64,000 nt of DNA from an uncultured virus (IMG/VR IMGVR_UViG_2718218494_000001) (IMGVR_UViG_2718218494_000001), one strand, 5' to 3'; positions 28,663-40,659 are shown, counted from the first letter of the stretch. The notes: generated from the letters alone by a model not told the origin. Numbers and translations are program-made.

Positions 28663-31428
28663 CTAGTTGCCCACCGCCTTCCCTAAATCTGGCGCTCTGC
28701 GTGGCGCAGTATCGCCAGGCTCCCACCAACTCGTTGTGTTGAATTCCCGCTGAGCGCGGTCCCTAACCCGGTCGTTGTACCCTGGGTTTGCCATCTCCTG
28801 AAGCTGCTGCAGGATCAGGTGATTGGTGATCGCCTTAGCATACCAGAGGTTGGCAAACGGGGTGATCATACGAGCGGTCTTTAGCGCATCGGCGCCGAAA
28901 GAAGTATCTTCTCCCTGAAGCGCTTTCTGTGGGTTGGTGATCAGCAACTTTGTCAGCTGTTCGGCGAAACTCAATACCGGACCGCCAATTGTGGCCGCGA
29001 TGCTTGACCCATATTGCGTGTGATCCTGGAACAGGAAATCACCATAGATACCGAACGAACCGCCTTTCAGCAGCGCCTGCACCCAGGTAGTCGGCTTTGT
29101 CATGTCCAGCGGGTCATTGCCTGTCAGCAGGCTGTTCATCTGGTTAGCAAACATCCCGGCCAGCGTCGTACCCGCAATATAGGACGCCAGGAATTTGATA
29201 GCTGGCACCGTATCAAGATCCTTGGAGCGGTTAACCAACTGGCGAAAACCAGCGAACGGCGTGGTTTTAAAGAGCATGAAGCTTTTAAGCAGCTGGCCGG
29301 CATCATCGCGGGCGTAGGTATCAAGCCCGGTGGCCGTTGTCACTGCGCTGGTCATCTCACCGTGAGTGATCCCCAGCAATTTCTGAGCAGCTTCCGCCCG
29401 GGCGTTACGCACCATGCGCGTAATCGTCTGCTCTGCCTCTGCGTCGAATGCTTCCTTCATCCGCTTCAGGCGTTCAGGTGACATATCGCCAAGCGCTGCC
29501 AGTGCCGTATCACTACCGGCGCGCACCTGGGCGATCCTGTCAGCCATAATATTGGTGATCACCTCATCCGGAACGGCGTAAATAGCGTCCGGCGTCATGC
29601 CCATATGTCCGGCTGTAGTCATTGGCCGCAACTCTGCTGCTGCCATGATAGCCCAGTCCTCATTACTCCATCCCTTATTTGCCAGGATGGTTTTATCTGA
29701 GCCCTTAACTTCATCCAGGGTCTTAAATTTGCGGGTTAGCTCGCCAATGTTTTTATACATCAGCAGGCCGAATGACGCCTTGTTTGCCCGGTCCATTGCA
29801 ATCAGCCCTGACCACTTCAGGGTTTTCTCAGCAAACCAGCCGGTAATGCCGCGAGACAGATCAAACCCGCCCATCTTCGATACGACAGCAGCATGCGAAT
29901 CTACAAGCAGGCCAAGCTCTGCATTCGCGCGCTTCGCATCGCCGTTAAACAGGTTCCTCAGCGTATTTGCAGAGAGCCGCATACCATTACGGTCAAAGCC
30001 CAGAGCCTGCGCATTCGCGCGCATGATAGCCTGATCGCTGGTTGCGGTCAGAACGCTGGTACCGAGCATGGCGCTGGTCATAAGGTTGCGGAGACCGCCA
30101 ACAGCCGACGTGAATACGCTCGATGTGGCCGCGCCATTAAGGCCGGCCATTGAGTTAAACATGCGCTCGACCATCTTGCGCTCATCGTTCATCTTGCCGA
30201 CTTCCTTCCCGCCAGTCACCGCACGCTGATATACACGGTCCAGCACCAGGGAAAAGTTTCTTGCAGCATCAGGTCCGAATGCTTTCACCACCCCAAGATC
30301 GCGCGAAGAAGACTGCAGGTGCGACATCATCACGCCAGCAACCGGCTGCTGAGTGTAGCGCTCCATGTAGGCAAAATGGGATTGGGCGTCTTTAAACGCC
30401 ATCACCCTGCTCTGGGATCCGCGGTTCTTTATCCCGCCGGTCCCCATGAATGCGCCCGGGTCGATTTTGTTGGCACCGTCGGTGGCCTTCGTTTCAAAGA
30501 TCGCTTCCAGCGCCTGGCGATACTCTATGTCATTCATCGGGCTGCCGTCAGGATTAACGTAATTGCTGCGATCCTGGGTGTTGTAAACGTCGTCCACCCA
30601 TGCCTGCCGCGCAAACTCAATCGGCGGCTGGCGGCCAGAAAGCCTCGCCTTAGCCTGTTCTGCCAGCGGCAAAGATGCCAGCCACTCATCGCGCCCGGCG
30701 TTGCGGATAAAATCGGCGTCATCTACATACGGCAAATGCCAGTCGTCGCGCAACCCGATATCAAAACCGTTGTCGTTCATCTCCTGCCGGGCTCGGCTGG
30801 TTACGTCGCTCCAGACTTTTGCGATCTTCTTCGCCTGCGGGTTACCGGTATCTTCACCATACAGCTCTTTCAGGATCTGCAGTTGTGCAGACTTAGCCGC
30901 CTGCTGATCGAAAAAGCTGCGAAAACGCTGCTCACCAAGGGCCTTGCTTTGCTCGAAGAATTTTCGAACGTCATCGCCGGCTTTGAGCATTTCAGCGCTG
31001 AGCTGGCGTGACCAGTCCTGATAGGCGCCTGTCGCCAATTCCTCAGCAGAAGTGACATTGATGTCAGGATCCTTGCCGAAAATCTTCGTGCGGCGCCCGG
31101 CAAATATAAACTGCTGCAAATTGGCGGGTGTCTGCTGTTCTGGCGGGATATTCGCATCGAGGGTGTCTGTTACCCTGCTGATTGCCAGCGCGTTCTGTGC
31201 GACGCGCTGGCGCTTCTTATAGACATCATGCACAACGCGCTGACGCACAAGCTCAGCGGCCTCCATGTACGTCTGTGCATCAGGGATACCAGTCTTTCCT
31301 TCCCTGGCGTTTTTCCGGTGAACGTCGCGCACGGCCTCTTTTATCCGGTCTTCAATATTTTTCAGCTCATCAGCCTTGGGCTGGCGACCCAGCGTCTGGG
31401 CAATGGCTTCAACACATGCCTGTTTCAT
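28663..31428 (-). CDS. Internal virion / DNA ejection protein
   Basis: Large ORF, last of three ejection genes; start MKQACV. Confidence 0.8.
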   Translation of the reverse strand: MKQACVEAIAQTLGRQPKADELKNIEDRIKEAVRDVHRKNAREGKTGIPDAQTYMEAAELVRQRVVHDVYKKRQRVAQNALAISRVTDTLDANIPPEQQTPANLQQFIFAGRRTKIFGKDPDINVTSAEELATGAYQDWSRQLSAEMLKAGDDVRKFFEQSKALGEQRFRSFFDQQAAKSAQLQILKELYGEDTGNPQAKKIAKVWSDVTSRARQEMNDNGFDIGLRDDWHLPYVDDADFIRNAGRDEWLASLPLAEQAKARLSGRQPPIEFARQAWVDDVYNTQDRSNYVNPDGSPMNDIEYRQALEAIFETKATDGANKIDPGAFMGTGGIKNRGSQSRVMAFKDAQSHFAYMERYTQQPVAGVMMSHLQSSSRDLGVVKAFGPDAARNFSLVLDRVYQRAVTGGKEVGKMNDERKMVERMFNSMAGLNGAATSSVFTSAVGGLRNLMTSAMLGTSVLTATSDQAIMRANAQALGFDRNGMRLSANTLRNLFNGDAKRANAELGLLVDSHAAVVSKMGGFDLSRGITGWFAEKTLKWSGLIAMDRANKASFGLLMYKNIGELTRKFKTLDEVKGSDKTILANKGWSNEDWAIMAAAELRPMTTAGHMGMTPDAIYAVPDEVITNIMADRIAQVRAGSDTALAALGDMSPERLKRMKEAFDAEAEQTITRMVRNARAEAAQKLLGITHGEMTSAVTTATGLDTYARDDAGQLLKSFMLFKTTPFAGFRQLVNRSKDLDTVPAIKFLASYIAGTTLAGMFANQMNSLLTGNDPLDMTKPTTWVQALLKGGSFGIYGDFLFQDHTQYGSSIAATIGGPVLSFAEQLTKLLITNPQKALQGEDTSFGADALKTARMITPFANLWYAKAITNHLILQQLQEMANPGYNDRVRDRAQREFNTTSWWEPGDTAPRRAPDLGKAVGN

Positions 31429-33338
31429 TATGGGTTCCTCAGGAAGCACGCTGCTGCAACGGAATAAACTTTCGACTCTGCCTGTACGGTCTGGATCTGG
31501 TCGTCAAATTCAGACAGAACATCAGAAAGTTTTGCTGGCTGTCCGGTGTCAGGGTGCGCGATCGTTAATTCTGGATTCGCAGTTGCCATATCACGTGCGG
31601 CCATCAGGTCGTAACTGTTTGATGAAATCGCCTGGCCGGTGTCAGGATCAACACTGACCTGCCCGCCAGTTTCGTCGGCTGCCGTAAATGCACTTTCTGC
31701 GCGCGGCGCCGGAGCTTCTCCAGCCAGTTCTGACGGCGTTTCATACCTGACACCATTCTCTTCGAAAACCTGCTGCATTGCATGGTACTGCTCGTTTGCT
31801 GATTCCAGCATGCCGGGCCGCGTCGGACCATCCAGCCCACGGGCCATCATTCCGATGTTCACCGGTTGCCCGTCAGAAAGCTGGCGATACGCTTCATCCA
31901 TGGCCGACACATGGCTGTTGATACTTTCGTTGCTGGCATGCAGAACAGGGGCCGACTCGATGTCGTAATAAAGCCCCTCGTTCAGAGTGTGGGCCGCATC
32001 GATGTCGCTAGGTTTAATTTCTGTCTCACGCACCAGGCCACGCATACTTTCAGGGATGATCCCCTGCTGAATACGGGACAGATCAGCGCGGGCCTCATAA
32101 AACTGACCGCCCTGCTGATGTGGCGCAAGAGTGTCGCGGGCATTCTGAAGGCGCTCTCTGGCAGTAGCGAGCTGGTTGGCTATGTCATCAAGCTTCGCCC
32201 TGTTTTCAGCATAATAACGGCGATTAGCGCCACCGCTTCCGGTTGGTGCTGCATCTCGGATGGCTTTATCCTGAGCCTCAAGTTTCGCTACTGTACGCTC
32301 ACCATTAGCAATTTCTGACTGCCACACCTTCCTGTCACCACGGGATAAAAGTTGATCTGCGTTCTGCTGCAATTCATTCATTCGCGATTCGTAGGTAACC
32401 TGCGGCACCTCTGGCGCAGTAGGGCCATCACCTAACGGGGAAGGTTGCGGTGCTGCCTCATTTCCCGGTGACGGTGAAGAAGTTTCTTCAGGAACGCTCT
32501 GAACCTCTGCCGCGGGGATCGGCGCTTCGGTATCTGCCGGAGGTGGTGTATCAGCATTTCGCGAGGCCAGGTGATGAGCACCACCAAAGGCACCGCCAAG
32601 CACAGCGTCAACCAGCATCGCCTGCCCATCAAATACCCGGTACTGCTTCGCCATATCGGAATAGCCTTTCTCCTCCAGTGTTTCGCCAACTGAATAACGG
32701 TTAAGGCCACCAAATCCTGTGTTGATTGCGACGCCTGACGCGATGCGCGTGGCCAGCGTCGTACCGATAGCAGCGGGAAGCGCCATGCCTGCGGCATTGA
32801 AGGAGCTCTGTTGTGCAGCCAGATTACGCGCCGTTGACTCGTCTACACCTTTGGCTCTGAAGTCCTGATATGACTGTTCATAGGTAGAGCCAAAAGCCGT
32901 GGCGGCGCCGACCGTAGGGCCGCCGATGATTGAGGCACCAATCGCTGGCGCAAACTGGCCGAGCCCATAAAGCACCTCTGCGGCCGTACCCTGACTGCCG
33001 GCGTCTGGTTTCACATAACCAAGCATTTCCTGCAACTGCTTACCGATCGTGTCGTAGGTGTCATTAAGGGTTTTATCAGCATCAGGGAACATAACGCGGA
33101 AAATGTTAACCGTCGGCGCCACATCTGCTGTAAATGCGGGATCGCTGATTAGGCGCTTGCTGAATCCCACAGCTGATTGAGCAAGACCAATTGTTCCACC
33201 AATCAACCCGCGTACAGGTGCGGAGGCTGCCCCCTGAAAAAACGTCGGATCGTAGTCTTCTGGCCGCGCCGGATTAGCCGTCGTTTTATCGTCCGTCCAT
33301 GCCTGGCCTTCAGGAGCCAGAGAAAATACATCAGCCAT
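31428..33338 (-). CDS. Internal virion / DNA ejection protein
   Basis: Ala/Gly-rich, coupled to neighbours. Confidence 0.75.
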   Translation of the reverse strand: MADVFSLAPEGQAWTDDKTTANPARPEDYDPTFFQGAASAPVRGLIGGTIGLAQSAVGFSKRLISDPAFTADVAPTVNIFRVMFPDADKTLNDTYDTIGKQLQEMLGYVKPDAGSQGTAAEVLYGLGQFAPAIGASIIGGPTVGAATAFGSTYEQSYQDFRAKGVDESTARNLAAQQSSFNAAGMALPAAIGTTLATRIASGVAINTGFGGLNRYSVGETLEEKGYSDMAKQYRVFDGQAMLVDAVLGGAFGGAHHLASRNADTPPPADTEAPIPAAEVQSVPEETSSPSPGNEAAPQPSPLGDGPTAPEVPQVTYESRMNELQQNADQLLSRGDRKVWQSEIANGERTVAKLEAQDKAIRDAAPTGSGGANRRYYAENRAKLDDIANQLATARERLQNARDTLAPHQQGGQFYEARADLSRIQQGIIPESMRGLVRETEIKPSDIDAAHTLNEGLYYDIESAPVLHASNESINSHVSAMDEAYRQLSDGQPVNIGMMARGLDGPTRPGMLESANEQYHAMQQVFEENGVRYETPSELAGEAPAPRAESAFTAADETGGQVSVDPDTGQAISSNSYDLMAARDMATANPELTIAHPDTGQPAKLSDVLSEFDDQIQTVQAESKVYSVAAACFLRNP

Positions 33339-36169
33339 TATTCAACCCTCACGACTATTGCCTGATTTGTTTTTGGGTCTGTCGCCCAGCGCCCGCTGCC
33401 GCTCACCAGGCGATACTGGTTATTACCAATGTTCACCGGCGTAAAGTTTGAAGCGGCATTTTCATTCAGCCCGGCGTCTTTCAGCGCCTGCTGTGCCGCC
33501 ACTGTGTAGCGATCCTTGAAAGTAGATTTATCCATGCCGAACGGCATTACCACATCACCACCATTGAAGCCTTTGTAAACCCCGCCGGTGGCGTATTGCG
33601 CGGCCTTCTCGACCACATCAGAATTAGCCGCATCGGTGCGGGTCATCGCGGTATCGCCAGACTGGTAAGCGATCCCGGCGTAAGCGGATTTGAACAGGCT
33701 ATAACTCAGCTGTCTGGCCTGCGGGTTATTGGCAAATGCATTGCCAACCTGATCATCAAACGCACGCTTCAGCTTATCCTCGCTGGGTAGTTGAACCGGT
33801 GTGATCCCGGCATCTTTCATGCCCTTCGTGGGGTTAAGCAGTTGATCACCGGCCAGGATAACTTTAGAGACATCATATTTATTCATGGTCGGCTTGTAGC
33901 CAATAAACTGGCTGTACGCGATCGATGGCTTCGTGTTGTCGTACTGATTATCCGGAGTACCGAGCAACAGCGCAGAGTAGGCGGTTGCCGCGCTGCTCGG
34001 TGCAATGGCTGACGCAACCTGTCGCATCGCGGGCGCCGGAAGTGTCTCGCCCATGTTCTGCAGGAGCTTTATCGTCTGGTCGACATTTTGCGTTCCGCGT
34101 ACCTGCTGAGCCAGAGCATTAGCCTCTTCACTGCTTAGTATCGGGGCATTGATTCCAAGCTCACGCAGCCGATCCTGAGATGAAAAGCGGTTGGCTACTT
34201 CAGCAGTGATATCGTTTGGATTGTTACTTGAGATAGGCTTATAGGCGCCGATATCCACCGCGGCATTGAACGGATTATTCTGGCGCTGGCTGATCACCTT
34301 CGTAGCGGCGGCTGATACCTGGTCGAATAATTCAGCTCGCGATGCATAGCCCTCCCCGGTCTGTTCCGGCGTCGGCTTCAACTGGTTGACGTATGCCGTG
34401 ATGCTGCTGGTAGGCATGTTGCGGAATGAGCCAATGTACTGCCCGGCAATCTGCGTATTCCTGAATTCGGTGTAACGCTGGTTTCCCTCCCGCACGCCGT
34501 AGGCAGCAATAAAATCAGCTTCCCCTGGCGGGTTTGGGAACTCAACACCTCGCATGTAAGCCGCGGTGGCGTCGCGAACCTGGCTATCGATAGCCGTTCT
34601 GTATTCGGCCTGCTGCTGCCGACGGATCTGGTCAGCCTGGCGCAGAAAAGTGGCCTGCGCTTCCGGCGTTGCGGCGTCGAATGCTGCATTGCCGGTGTAG
34701 CGTTTATTGCTGGTTGGCAACTGAGAGAGTCCCAGCGCGGCGCTGACGCCGGTTGATAGCTGGTCAGGACTGTATGGTTGCGTGCCATTTTCATGTTTGA
34801 TGATGGCGGCACAGAGCGCCTGCAGCGTATCAGGGTTTGATGCATCAAGCGGCTGGTTTGCCGTTACGCCTAACTGCGCGCAAACCGCTTTGATGTATGC
34901 GGCCGTGTCGTTATTGTCAGACGGCGGCGCCCAACGGTTAATGATCTCGCCAACGGTATCAATCCCCTGCCGCTGGTAGGATATGAGGTTGCGGCCCAGC
35001 GCGCGGATCCCATGCTCTGGAGTCTCGAATTTTGCAAACCGGCCATCACTACCAGTCTGCCCTACCCATGGGTTTGATGAGCTGGCTTCGAGGTTCCCCG
35101 GGTTGTTGTTGCGGATACCCCTGGTATCGCCGCTATCACCTTTCACATAATACTGATCTTGCTGCTCATGCAACTTTTCAGCATATGCAGTCGCATCATC
35201 AGGATTATCAAATATTCCAAGGTGCTTTCCTGTTTTTTCATATAGCGCGATTGCTTCATCATCTGAAAGTAATTTACCGTCATCACTGACCGTTGGTATC
35301 AGGACTTCACCTGCATCAGTGCCTATGGAAATAGTTCTTACCGTGCTGATAGTACCATCTTCGTTTTTTACAGATGGTCGGTTGAATAAGTTAATGTTCC
35401 CCTGGGTAACCATTCCTTTCGTAGATGATGGCTCACCACCATAAGGGTTAACAGTAGCCCGCCGTGAACCGGCGGCCGTATCGCTCAGCTCACCGTTGCT
35501 CTGAATGAATCCGATCGCGTTATTTGCTGACCACTGAGAAAGCGCGCCATCAGCTACCTTCTCTTTGAATTCCACCTTTTTGGCCTGGATCTGCTCAGGG
35601 CTCCACCCATGTGCAGCGCCGAAGCTTTCTATTTGCTGAAACGCCTGCTGATTAGCCAGCACATAGTTGGCGTTATCGCCATACATTGCCGAAGCGGTTT
35701 TGGCGCCGGTGGTCAGCGTTGCCTGGAACTGCCCCTCTTCATACGCATTGAGCTGCCCTATCTCATGCCGGCCAGCCTGAGACGTAAACTGGATGCGCTG
35801 CTGCTGAGCCTGCTGCAGGAATCCCTGACGCGCCGACTCCGGCAACTGCATCGCCAGCTCCTGAGCCTTTGCGTCAAAGAGCTGGGTGTATTCCTGCCCC
35901 TTGCCAAGAGCGTTTTTACCCTGCAGGTTAAGGAGGCCATTCTGCGGGTTGGTCATCAGATCGCTTGCGGTCTGCGTCAGTTGCAGCGAAGCATCCTGTG
36001 CCATAGCGACATCAGCGCGCTGTTTAGCCTGGCCGAATACGTCAAGCGCCTGGCTTCCTGCGCTCAGTAGCGCATCGCCGGCGTTTGGTTGATCGAATGC
36101 CTGAAATCCCTGAGTGGAAACGCCGCGGCTTTCAACCTGACGCCCGGCGACTGTTGGTACAACTGGCAT
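33338..36169 (-). CDS. Internal virion protein with a lysozyme-like domain
   Basis: [11 protein letters not shown]...[10 protein letters not shown]...WAP motif; start MPVVPT. Confidence 0.8.
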   Translation of the reverse strand: MPVVPTVAGRQVESRGVSTQGFQAFDQPNAGDALLSAGSQALDVFGQAKQRADVAMAQDASLQLTQTASDLMTNPQNGLLNLQGKNALGKGQEYTQLFDAKAQELAMQLPESARQGFLQQAQQQRIQFTSQAGRHEIGQLNAYEEGQFQATLTTGAKTASAMYGDNANYVLANQQAFQQIESFGAAHGWSPEQIQAKKVEFKEKVADGALSQWSANNAIGFIQSNGELSDTAAGSRRATVNPYGGEPSSTKGMVTQGNINLFNRPSVKNEDGTISTVRTISIGTDAGEVLIPTVSDDGKLLSDDEAIALYEKTGKHLGIFDNPDDATAYAEKLHEQQDQYYVKGDSGDTRGIRNNNPGNLEASSSNPWVGQTGSDGRFAKFETPEHGIRALGRNLISYQRQGIDTVGEIINRWAPPSDNNDTAAYIKAVCAQLGVTANQPLDASNPDTLQALCAAIIKHENGTQPYSPDQLSTGVSAALGLSQLPTSNKRYTGNAAFDAATPEAQATFLRQADQIRRQQQAEYRTAIDSQVRDATAAYMRGVEFPNPPGEADFIAAYGVREGNQRYTEFRNTQIAGQYIGSFRNMPTSSITAYVNQLKPTPEQTGEGYASRAELFDQVSAAATKVISQRQNNPFNAAVDIGAYKPISSNNPNDITAEVANRFSSQDRLRELGINAPILSSEEANALAQQVRGTQNVDQTIKLLQNMGETLPAPAMRQVASAIAPSSAATAYSALLLGTPDNQYDNTKPSIAYSQFIGYKPTMNKYDVSKVILAGDQLLNPTKGMKDAGITPVQLPSEDKLKRAFDDQVGNAFANNPQARQLSYSLFKSAYAGIAYQSGDTAMTRTDAANSDVVEKAAQYATGGVYKGFNGGDVVMPFGMDKSTFKDRYTVAAQQALKDAGLNENAASNFTPVNIGNNQYRLVSGSGRWATDPKTNQAIVVRVE

Positions 36170-36179
36170 AGTTTTCTCC

Positions 36180-36719
36180 TTATCGACCGGTAGGTGTGCC
36201 GACGGCAGCAGAAATTGGTGCGGCCTTGCTCTGCGTGAACGGGTTCCAGGTTCCGCCGAATGACTGATAAGCGCCATAGGCTTTCAGTGGCGCAGTAAGC
36301 AGCGTTGTCGCCGCGCCGATAGTTCCTGAGCTTTTAGCCGCGCTTGCCTGCGCTTCATAGTTAGCCGCCTGCGTCTGATATCCGTATGCTTCTCGCTGAG
36401 CATTATTGACGGTAGTCAGAGCATCCAGTGCGCCAAACTGCGCCGTATCCCCGAAAATATCCAGCGCAGATCCTGAGCTCATATCAGCACCAGTTGCGCC
36501 CATTATTGCCGCCTGCGTGCCCTGCCGCTGCCGGGTCTCACGACGGCGCTGATCAGCCTCCGCGTTACCGCGATTTATGGCGTCATTAGCCTGGGCAGTT
36601 GCAACATCAGCATTCTGCTGAGCAACCGCGGCAGTATATTTACCCTGCTGATACTGGTTATATGCAGACAGGCCGCTGAGCGCTAAAGTCGCGCCGGCGG
36701 CAATAGTCGGATCACACAT
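36180..36719 (-). CDS. Virion core protein (T7 gp14-like)
   Basis: MCDP start; Ala/Gln-rich. Confidence 0.8.
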   Translation of the reverse strand: MCDPTIAAGATLALSGLSAYNQYQQGKYTAAVAQQNADVATAQANDAINRGNAEADQRRRETRQRQGTQAAIMGATGADMSSGSALDIFGDTAQFGALDALTTVNNAQREAYGYQTQAANYEAQASAAKSSGTIGAATTLLTAPLKAYGAYQSFGGTWNPFTQSKAAPISAAVGTPTGR

Positions 36720-37183
36720 CAGTTTTTCTCCATGTAAAAGCGGTGGAACGGCAGGCCGAGCACACCATACGGCGCCGGGTCTTCCAGGGTAAAACCGAGC
36801 CAGTGCAGCCACGCCTTTGCGACGTGGTTACGGGCATCGACATAATTTTCGAGATACGGATAGACGGACAGCATTGCAGCAACCACCTTCCGGCAGCGGC
36901 GCAGAAATGTTCGCTGATAGCGCTCCAGATCATCCGTGCCGACAAGCCAGGGGATCCCGCTGCCGCCAATCATTGAAGCGGGCGCCACGCCAAAGACAGT
37001 GACAACGCGGCCGTTTATCAAGCCGGCACAACAGAAGGTTGATGTGCGAAGGCCACATTCCAGAACACGGGCAGCACTCCAGCCATTCGTGGCGGCAAAC
37101 TCTTCGATGTCTGCCAGGCGCACGCGGGGGATAATTTCAGCGATGTGCTCTGCGGTGGCCGGGACTATCTGAGCGTTAATCAT
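36719..37183 (-). CDS. GNAT-like virion assembly protein (T7 gp13-like)
   Basis: LENYVDARN...WLHWLGF motif. Confidence 0.75.
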   Translation of the reverse strand: MINAQIVPATAEHIAEIIPRVRLADIEEFAATNGWSAARVLECGLRTSTFCCAGLINGRVVTVFGVAPASMIGGSGIPWLVGTDDLERYQRTFLRRCRKVVAAMLSVYPYLENYVDARNHVAKAWLHWLGFTLEDPAPYGVLGLPFHRFYMEKN

Positions 37184-39681
37184 TAAAAGCCTCCCACGGT
37201 AATGCGAGGGATCACCGCCAGCACAGAAAGCGGCAGCGGGTCAGTCTGACGGATTTTTACCCGCCCATTTTTATCCCAGTTGCTGTCGAGTTTGACCTCT
37301 ACTTTGCCTGTGGCGTCATCAACCGGATCGTCGTAAAACTCAAACTCGCGCTGAGGGTATTCGTACCACTGGCCGCCTGGAGTTGATGCCCAGATGCCTC
37401 GGCTGGCGTTGACCACCAGCGTCACGGAATTGATCAGCTGTTTCTTATCGAGCAGCGTCTCCTGCCCGTTAATATTGATGTCCAGGGTTTCAAACTGGGC
37501 GTTAATCGGCAGGCCGATGTGGACCACTGCGCCGGGTTTCTCCAGCGTAACGGCGCCGCCGGTGACGACTTTCTGCGGCTCTACACTGGCGTCGGACAGT
37601 ACATTGACGGTCTGTCCTTCAAGGTGATCGAGTCCGGCGAATGTCTGGCGGGCCATATACCAGTTAGTGGTGGCGGTATTGCGCAGGACAGGAGGAATAT
37701 TCCTGTTGGCTGTGACGGTTACCGAGTTGCCGCTTTCAACCGAAATAATGTCGCAGCGCAGCTGCATGGCAACGGCGCTACCATCTTCAGGATCGGTTCC
37801 TATGTAGGGGAACTGGATCTGTGCGCCGACGTCTCCCGCGGTAAAATAGCTGGCCCCGCTCATCGTCAGGGTATACGGCACCTGATAACTCCAGTCCCCG
37901 CTTCCACCGCTGATAGTGGCCTCCCGGCTGCTGGCATTGCGTCCGTCATAGGTCAGTCCGCTGTCGACAAAGAAAGCGTCAAGGTCATCGGTAAACTGTC
38001 GGCTTGCCAGCCTCTCGATATAGCGTTTTGTCTGGCCGTTGATGGTGCGGTTAACCACGAAATAGATCGCATCCTCGCTGCCTTCACTGATACCGCAAGT
38101 GCTCTCATATTTCCCGGCACTGGATTGCGGAGACCAGGCGAATACCTGTTGATCACGCAGATAGGTCAGCACCAGCAATTTCCCATCGTCGCGCACGCAG
38201 AACGCGCTGGAGAACGGGACAATACAAAACGCCCAGTCGACAATGCTGCGCTTCTGGAAAAGGTGATTAGCGAGGATTGTCAGGTCGTTGCCCTGGAATC
38301 CATCAACATCAAACGAGTAGGCCAGATCCCGCACGACGCTGCCCTTCTCCTGGATAAAGAGCGCAATATTCGAAACCGCGATAGGAGGCACATCGCTGCA
38401 GCCGTTTGAGCCCTGAGAACTCAGGGAGAATGCAGAAGGCGTAAGCACTTTATTCTGGTCACCGGTCACAACAAACTCACCGCCGGAGGTCAGAACAACC
38501 AGCGATCCGACATCGATAAGGTGACGAATTTCGTTAACCTGCCGGCCAGCGTAGGTATAAACGATCCTGTCATCATCCTGCGTCGGGTTGCTCTTGCCGA
38601 AGTCTTTATAGTCACCGGTACGGCTGGCCCAGATGGTTTGCGGATACGCAGGGGATGCAGCGAAGTACAGCCTCTGCTGGTAGTAGACGACCGTCGCCGG
38701 ATAGCCATTGACGCTGTTCCATGCATAGCGCGCCCACTTGTAGCTGGCCTTGTCAGCCCCGACAACGTTCTCAGGGACACGAGAAACAACATCAGCGGTT
38801 GCAGTCATCCCGTCACCGGCTACAGCAGTGATCCGCACAATGCCAAAGCCACTATGCAGGTATTCCCATTGCACGCCTGTATCATCATCGCCGGTTCCTC
38901 CCCAGCCGTCCCACGCCATACCTTCAGTGTGTGATGGGCGTAACGTCCCGGTTTTTCCTTCGGTATTGGCGCGATAGTAGTTGCTGTCGGCGCGCCGGAT
39001 ATCCTCGATCGATGTGCTCTTGCTTGTTTCCCATACCGGTACAGAGTCAACGGCTGGCTGCTCAAGGTAGAACAGCTTTCCGACCTGCTCGGCGCTGAAT
39101 ATTGCAGAGCTCGAGGTAAGCGTGATTGTGCCAGTGGTGGCGCTGGCCCAGACAGTTTTGGACTCGTCGACGTTGATATCTTCAAACGGGCCGTTAGTTG
39201 TCTGCACATCGACGATCTGCCAGTTGTCATGCGCGTAACGGCGCAATTCTTTAGGCGGATAGGAAGGATGCACGATCGTCATCACGTCGGCGCTTTGGGT
39301 GAATTTCAGGCCGAAAACATCATTTTCTGTATAAGGCGTCGCCAGCTCGTAAATCACATCGCCGGTGGTCAGCACCAGGCCGCCGTCTTTGATGACGCGC
39401 ATGTAATTGTGGCCAAACTCCAGCGCATAGGTCTGCACCGTCGAAAACTGGAAAGGTATCAGGCGACATTTGCGATCCGGGTATTTTGCCGCGGCGATGA
39501 ACTGCGTGCCCGGGCGGTTCTCTACCCCGCCATACTGCCGCACAATAAAGTTATCGCACTTGCGCAGCGCCACCTGGTACTTTGCCATATCGATGCGGCC
39601 ATAGAGCGATGGAGCAATTTCGCCACCTGAGAAGCTCGGTTGTATCCAGCTAATAGATGCTGGGTAATGCGGTCTGGCCAT
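37183..39681 (-). CDS. Tail nozzle (tail tubular protein B)
   Basis: SFSGGE..P.LYGR.D, NF.V..YGG..NRPG, YQQRL.FA. Confidence 0.88.
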   Translation of the reverse strand: MARPHYPASISWIQPSFSGGEIAPSLYGRIDMAKYQVALRKCDNFIVRQYGGVENRPGTQFIAAAKYPDRKCRLIPFQFSTVQTYALEFGHNYMRVIKDGGLVLTTGDVIYELATPYTENDVFGLKFTQSADVMTIVHPSYPPKELRRYAHDNWQIVDVQTTNGPFEDINVDESKTVWASATTGTITLTSSSAIFSAEQVGKLFYLEQPAVDSVPVWETSKSTSIEDIRRADSNYYRANTEGKTGTLRPSHTEGMAWDGWGGTGDDDTGVQWEYLHSGFGIVRITAVAGDGMTATADVVSRVPENVVGADKASYKWARYAWNSVNGYPATVVYYQQRLYFAASPAYPQTIWASRTGDYKDFGKSNPTQDDDRIVYTYAGRQVNEIRHLIDVGSLVVLTSGGEFVVTGDQNKVLTPSAFSLSSQGSNGCSDVPPIAVSNIALFIQEKGSVVRDLAYSFDVDGFQGNDLTILANHLFQKRSIVDWAFCIVPFSSAFCVRDDGKLLVLTYLRDQQVFAWSPQSSAGKYESTCGISEGSEDAIYFVVNRTINGQTKRYIERLASRQFTDDLDAFFVDSGLTYDGRNASSREATISGGSGDWSYQVPYTLTMSGASYFTAGDVGAQIQFPYIGTDPEDGSAVAMQLRCDIISVESGNSVTVTANRNIPPVLRNTATTNWYMARQTFAGLDHLEGQTVNVLSDASVEPQKVVTGGAVTLEKPGAVVHIGLPINAQFETLDININGQETLLDKKQLINSVTLVVNASRGIWASTPGGQWYEYPQREFEFYDDPVDDATGKVEVKLDSNWDKNGRVKIRQTDPLPLSVLAVIPRITVGGF

Positions 39682-40286
39682 CAGCACATCCTCGCTACGG
39701 TAAACGGATCGTCAGACATTTGCGGTTCCTGCGATTCGTTCATGCTGTGAGAGCCAGCACTGAGGATGATCCGGCTATACATGCTCAGGGCGTTATTGCC
39801 GAGGTCGGCATTACCCGTGAGAACCATGTTAATAGCCGCGGCCAGGCGCCAGGATAGAGCCTCCTGGAAGATGGAATCGAACATGTTCACGTCGGTGATG
39901 CGGGCAACATACCGAAGCCAGGCCTGCGGCAGATCGGTGTAAATCAGTCGCCCAGTGCCGGCGCTATCCGCGCCGACCACATACTGCACGCGCATAGCAG
40001 CCGTCGGATACCGTACGCCAGGAAGCGGGATCTCAATAATACGGAGGCAGTCAGTGGGATAGGTATACGCATAATCCCAGTCCTGCGGCGGATTGTTGGT
40101 GTCAGCCAGCGCGATATTCTTGGTCGCAAAATTCCAGTCAAAGTCGGCCAGCACAGCATCGCGAATCGACTCGTAATACAGGGAGCATTGCCCGGCTTCT
40201 TTGCTGGCTTCTTCCAGACTATTGATGCTCCGGTTATTACCGATGTTGCTTAGCGCCCGGTTGCAGATCTCAATGACAGAGGCCAT
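39681..40286 (-). CDS. Tail adaptor (tail tubular protein A)
   Basis: ICN.AL.NIG, WNFA, Y.YP.DCLR. Confidence 0.85.
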   Translation of the reverse strand: MASVIEICNRALSNIGNNRSINSLEEASKEAGQCSLYYESIRDAVLADFDWNFATKNIALADTNNPPQDWDYAYTYPTDCLRIIEIPLPGVRYPTAAMRVQYVVGADSAGTGRLIYTDLPQAWLRYVARITDVNMFDSIFQEALSWRLAAAINMVLTGNADLGNNALSMYSRIILSAGSHSMNESQEPQMSDDPFTVARMC

Positions 40287-40609
40287 TACTCGCCCCCTTC
40301 ACCGTAAAGCGTCTGCGCCGCCGTCTTCGGCGCCTCACCTGAAACAGGCGCCAGCGCCATATCGGTGATTTGCAGATCCGCGCTGCGGAAAGTGCCATCG
40401 TCGCCTTCACGCGCCGAAATACCCTTAATCACTGCTTTTGCGGTGATCATCACCTCAGTGCCTACATTCTGCGGCTGCGCTTTCAGCTTGTTCAGGGTGT
40501 CATTGTTCAGCGTGATGCACAGCCCCCACGGATATTCGTCGCGGGTTTTGGTCTCGCCGCTTTCATCCTGGTAGCTGTCGGTGCCGGTTTTGAGATTGAC
40601 CATTTCCAT
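40286..40609 (-). CDS. Capsid staple/minor capsid protein
   Basis: YPWGLCITL and LQITDM motifs; position. Confidence 0.65.
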   Translation of the reverse strand: MEMVNLKTGTDSYQDESGETKTRDEYPWGLCITLNNDTLNKLKAQPQNVGTEVMITAKAVIKGISAREGDDGTFRSADLQITDMALAPVSGEAPKTAAQTLYGEGGE

Positions 40610-40659
40610 AGAACGCTCCTACAAGAAAGGGGCCGAAGCCCCCTGGTTTATTCTGAGGC

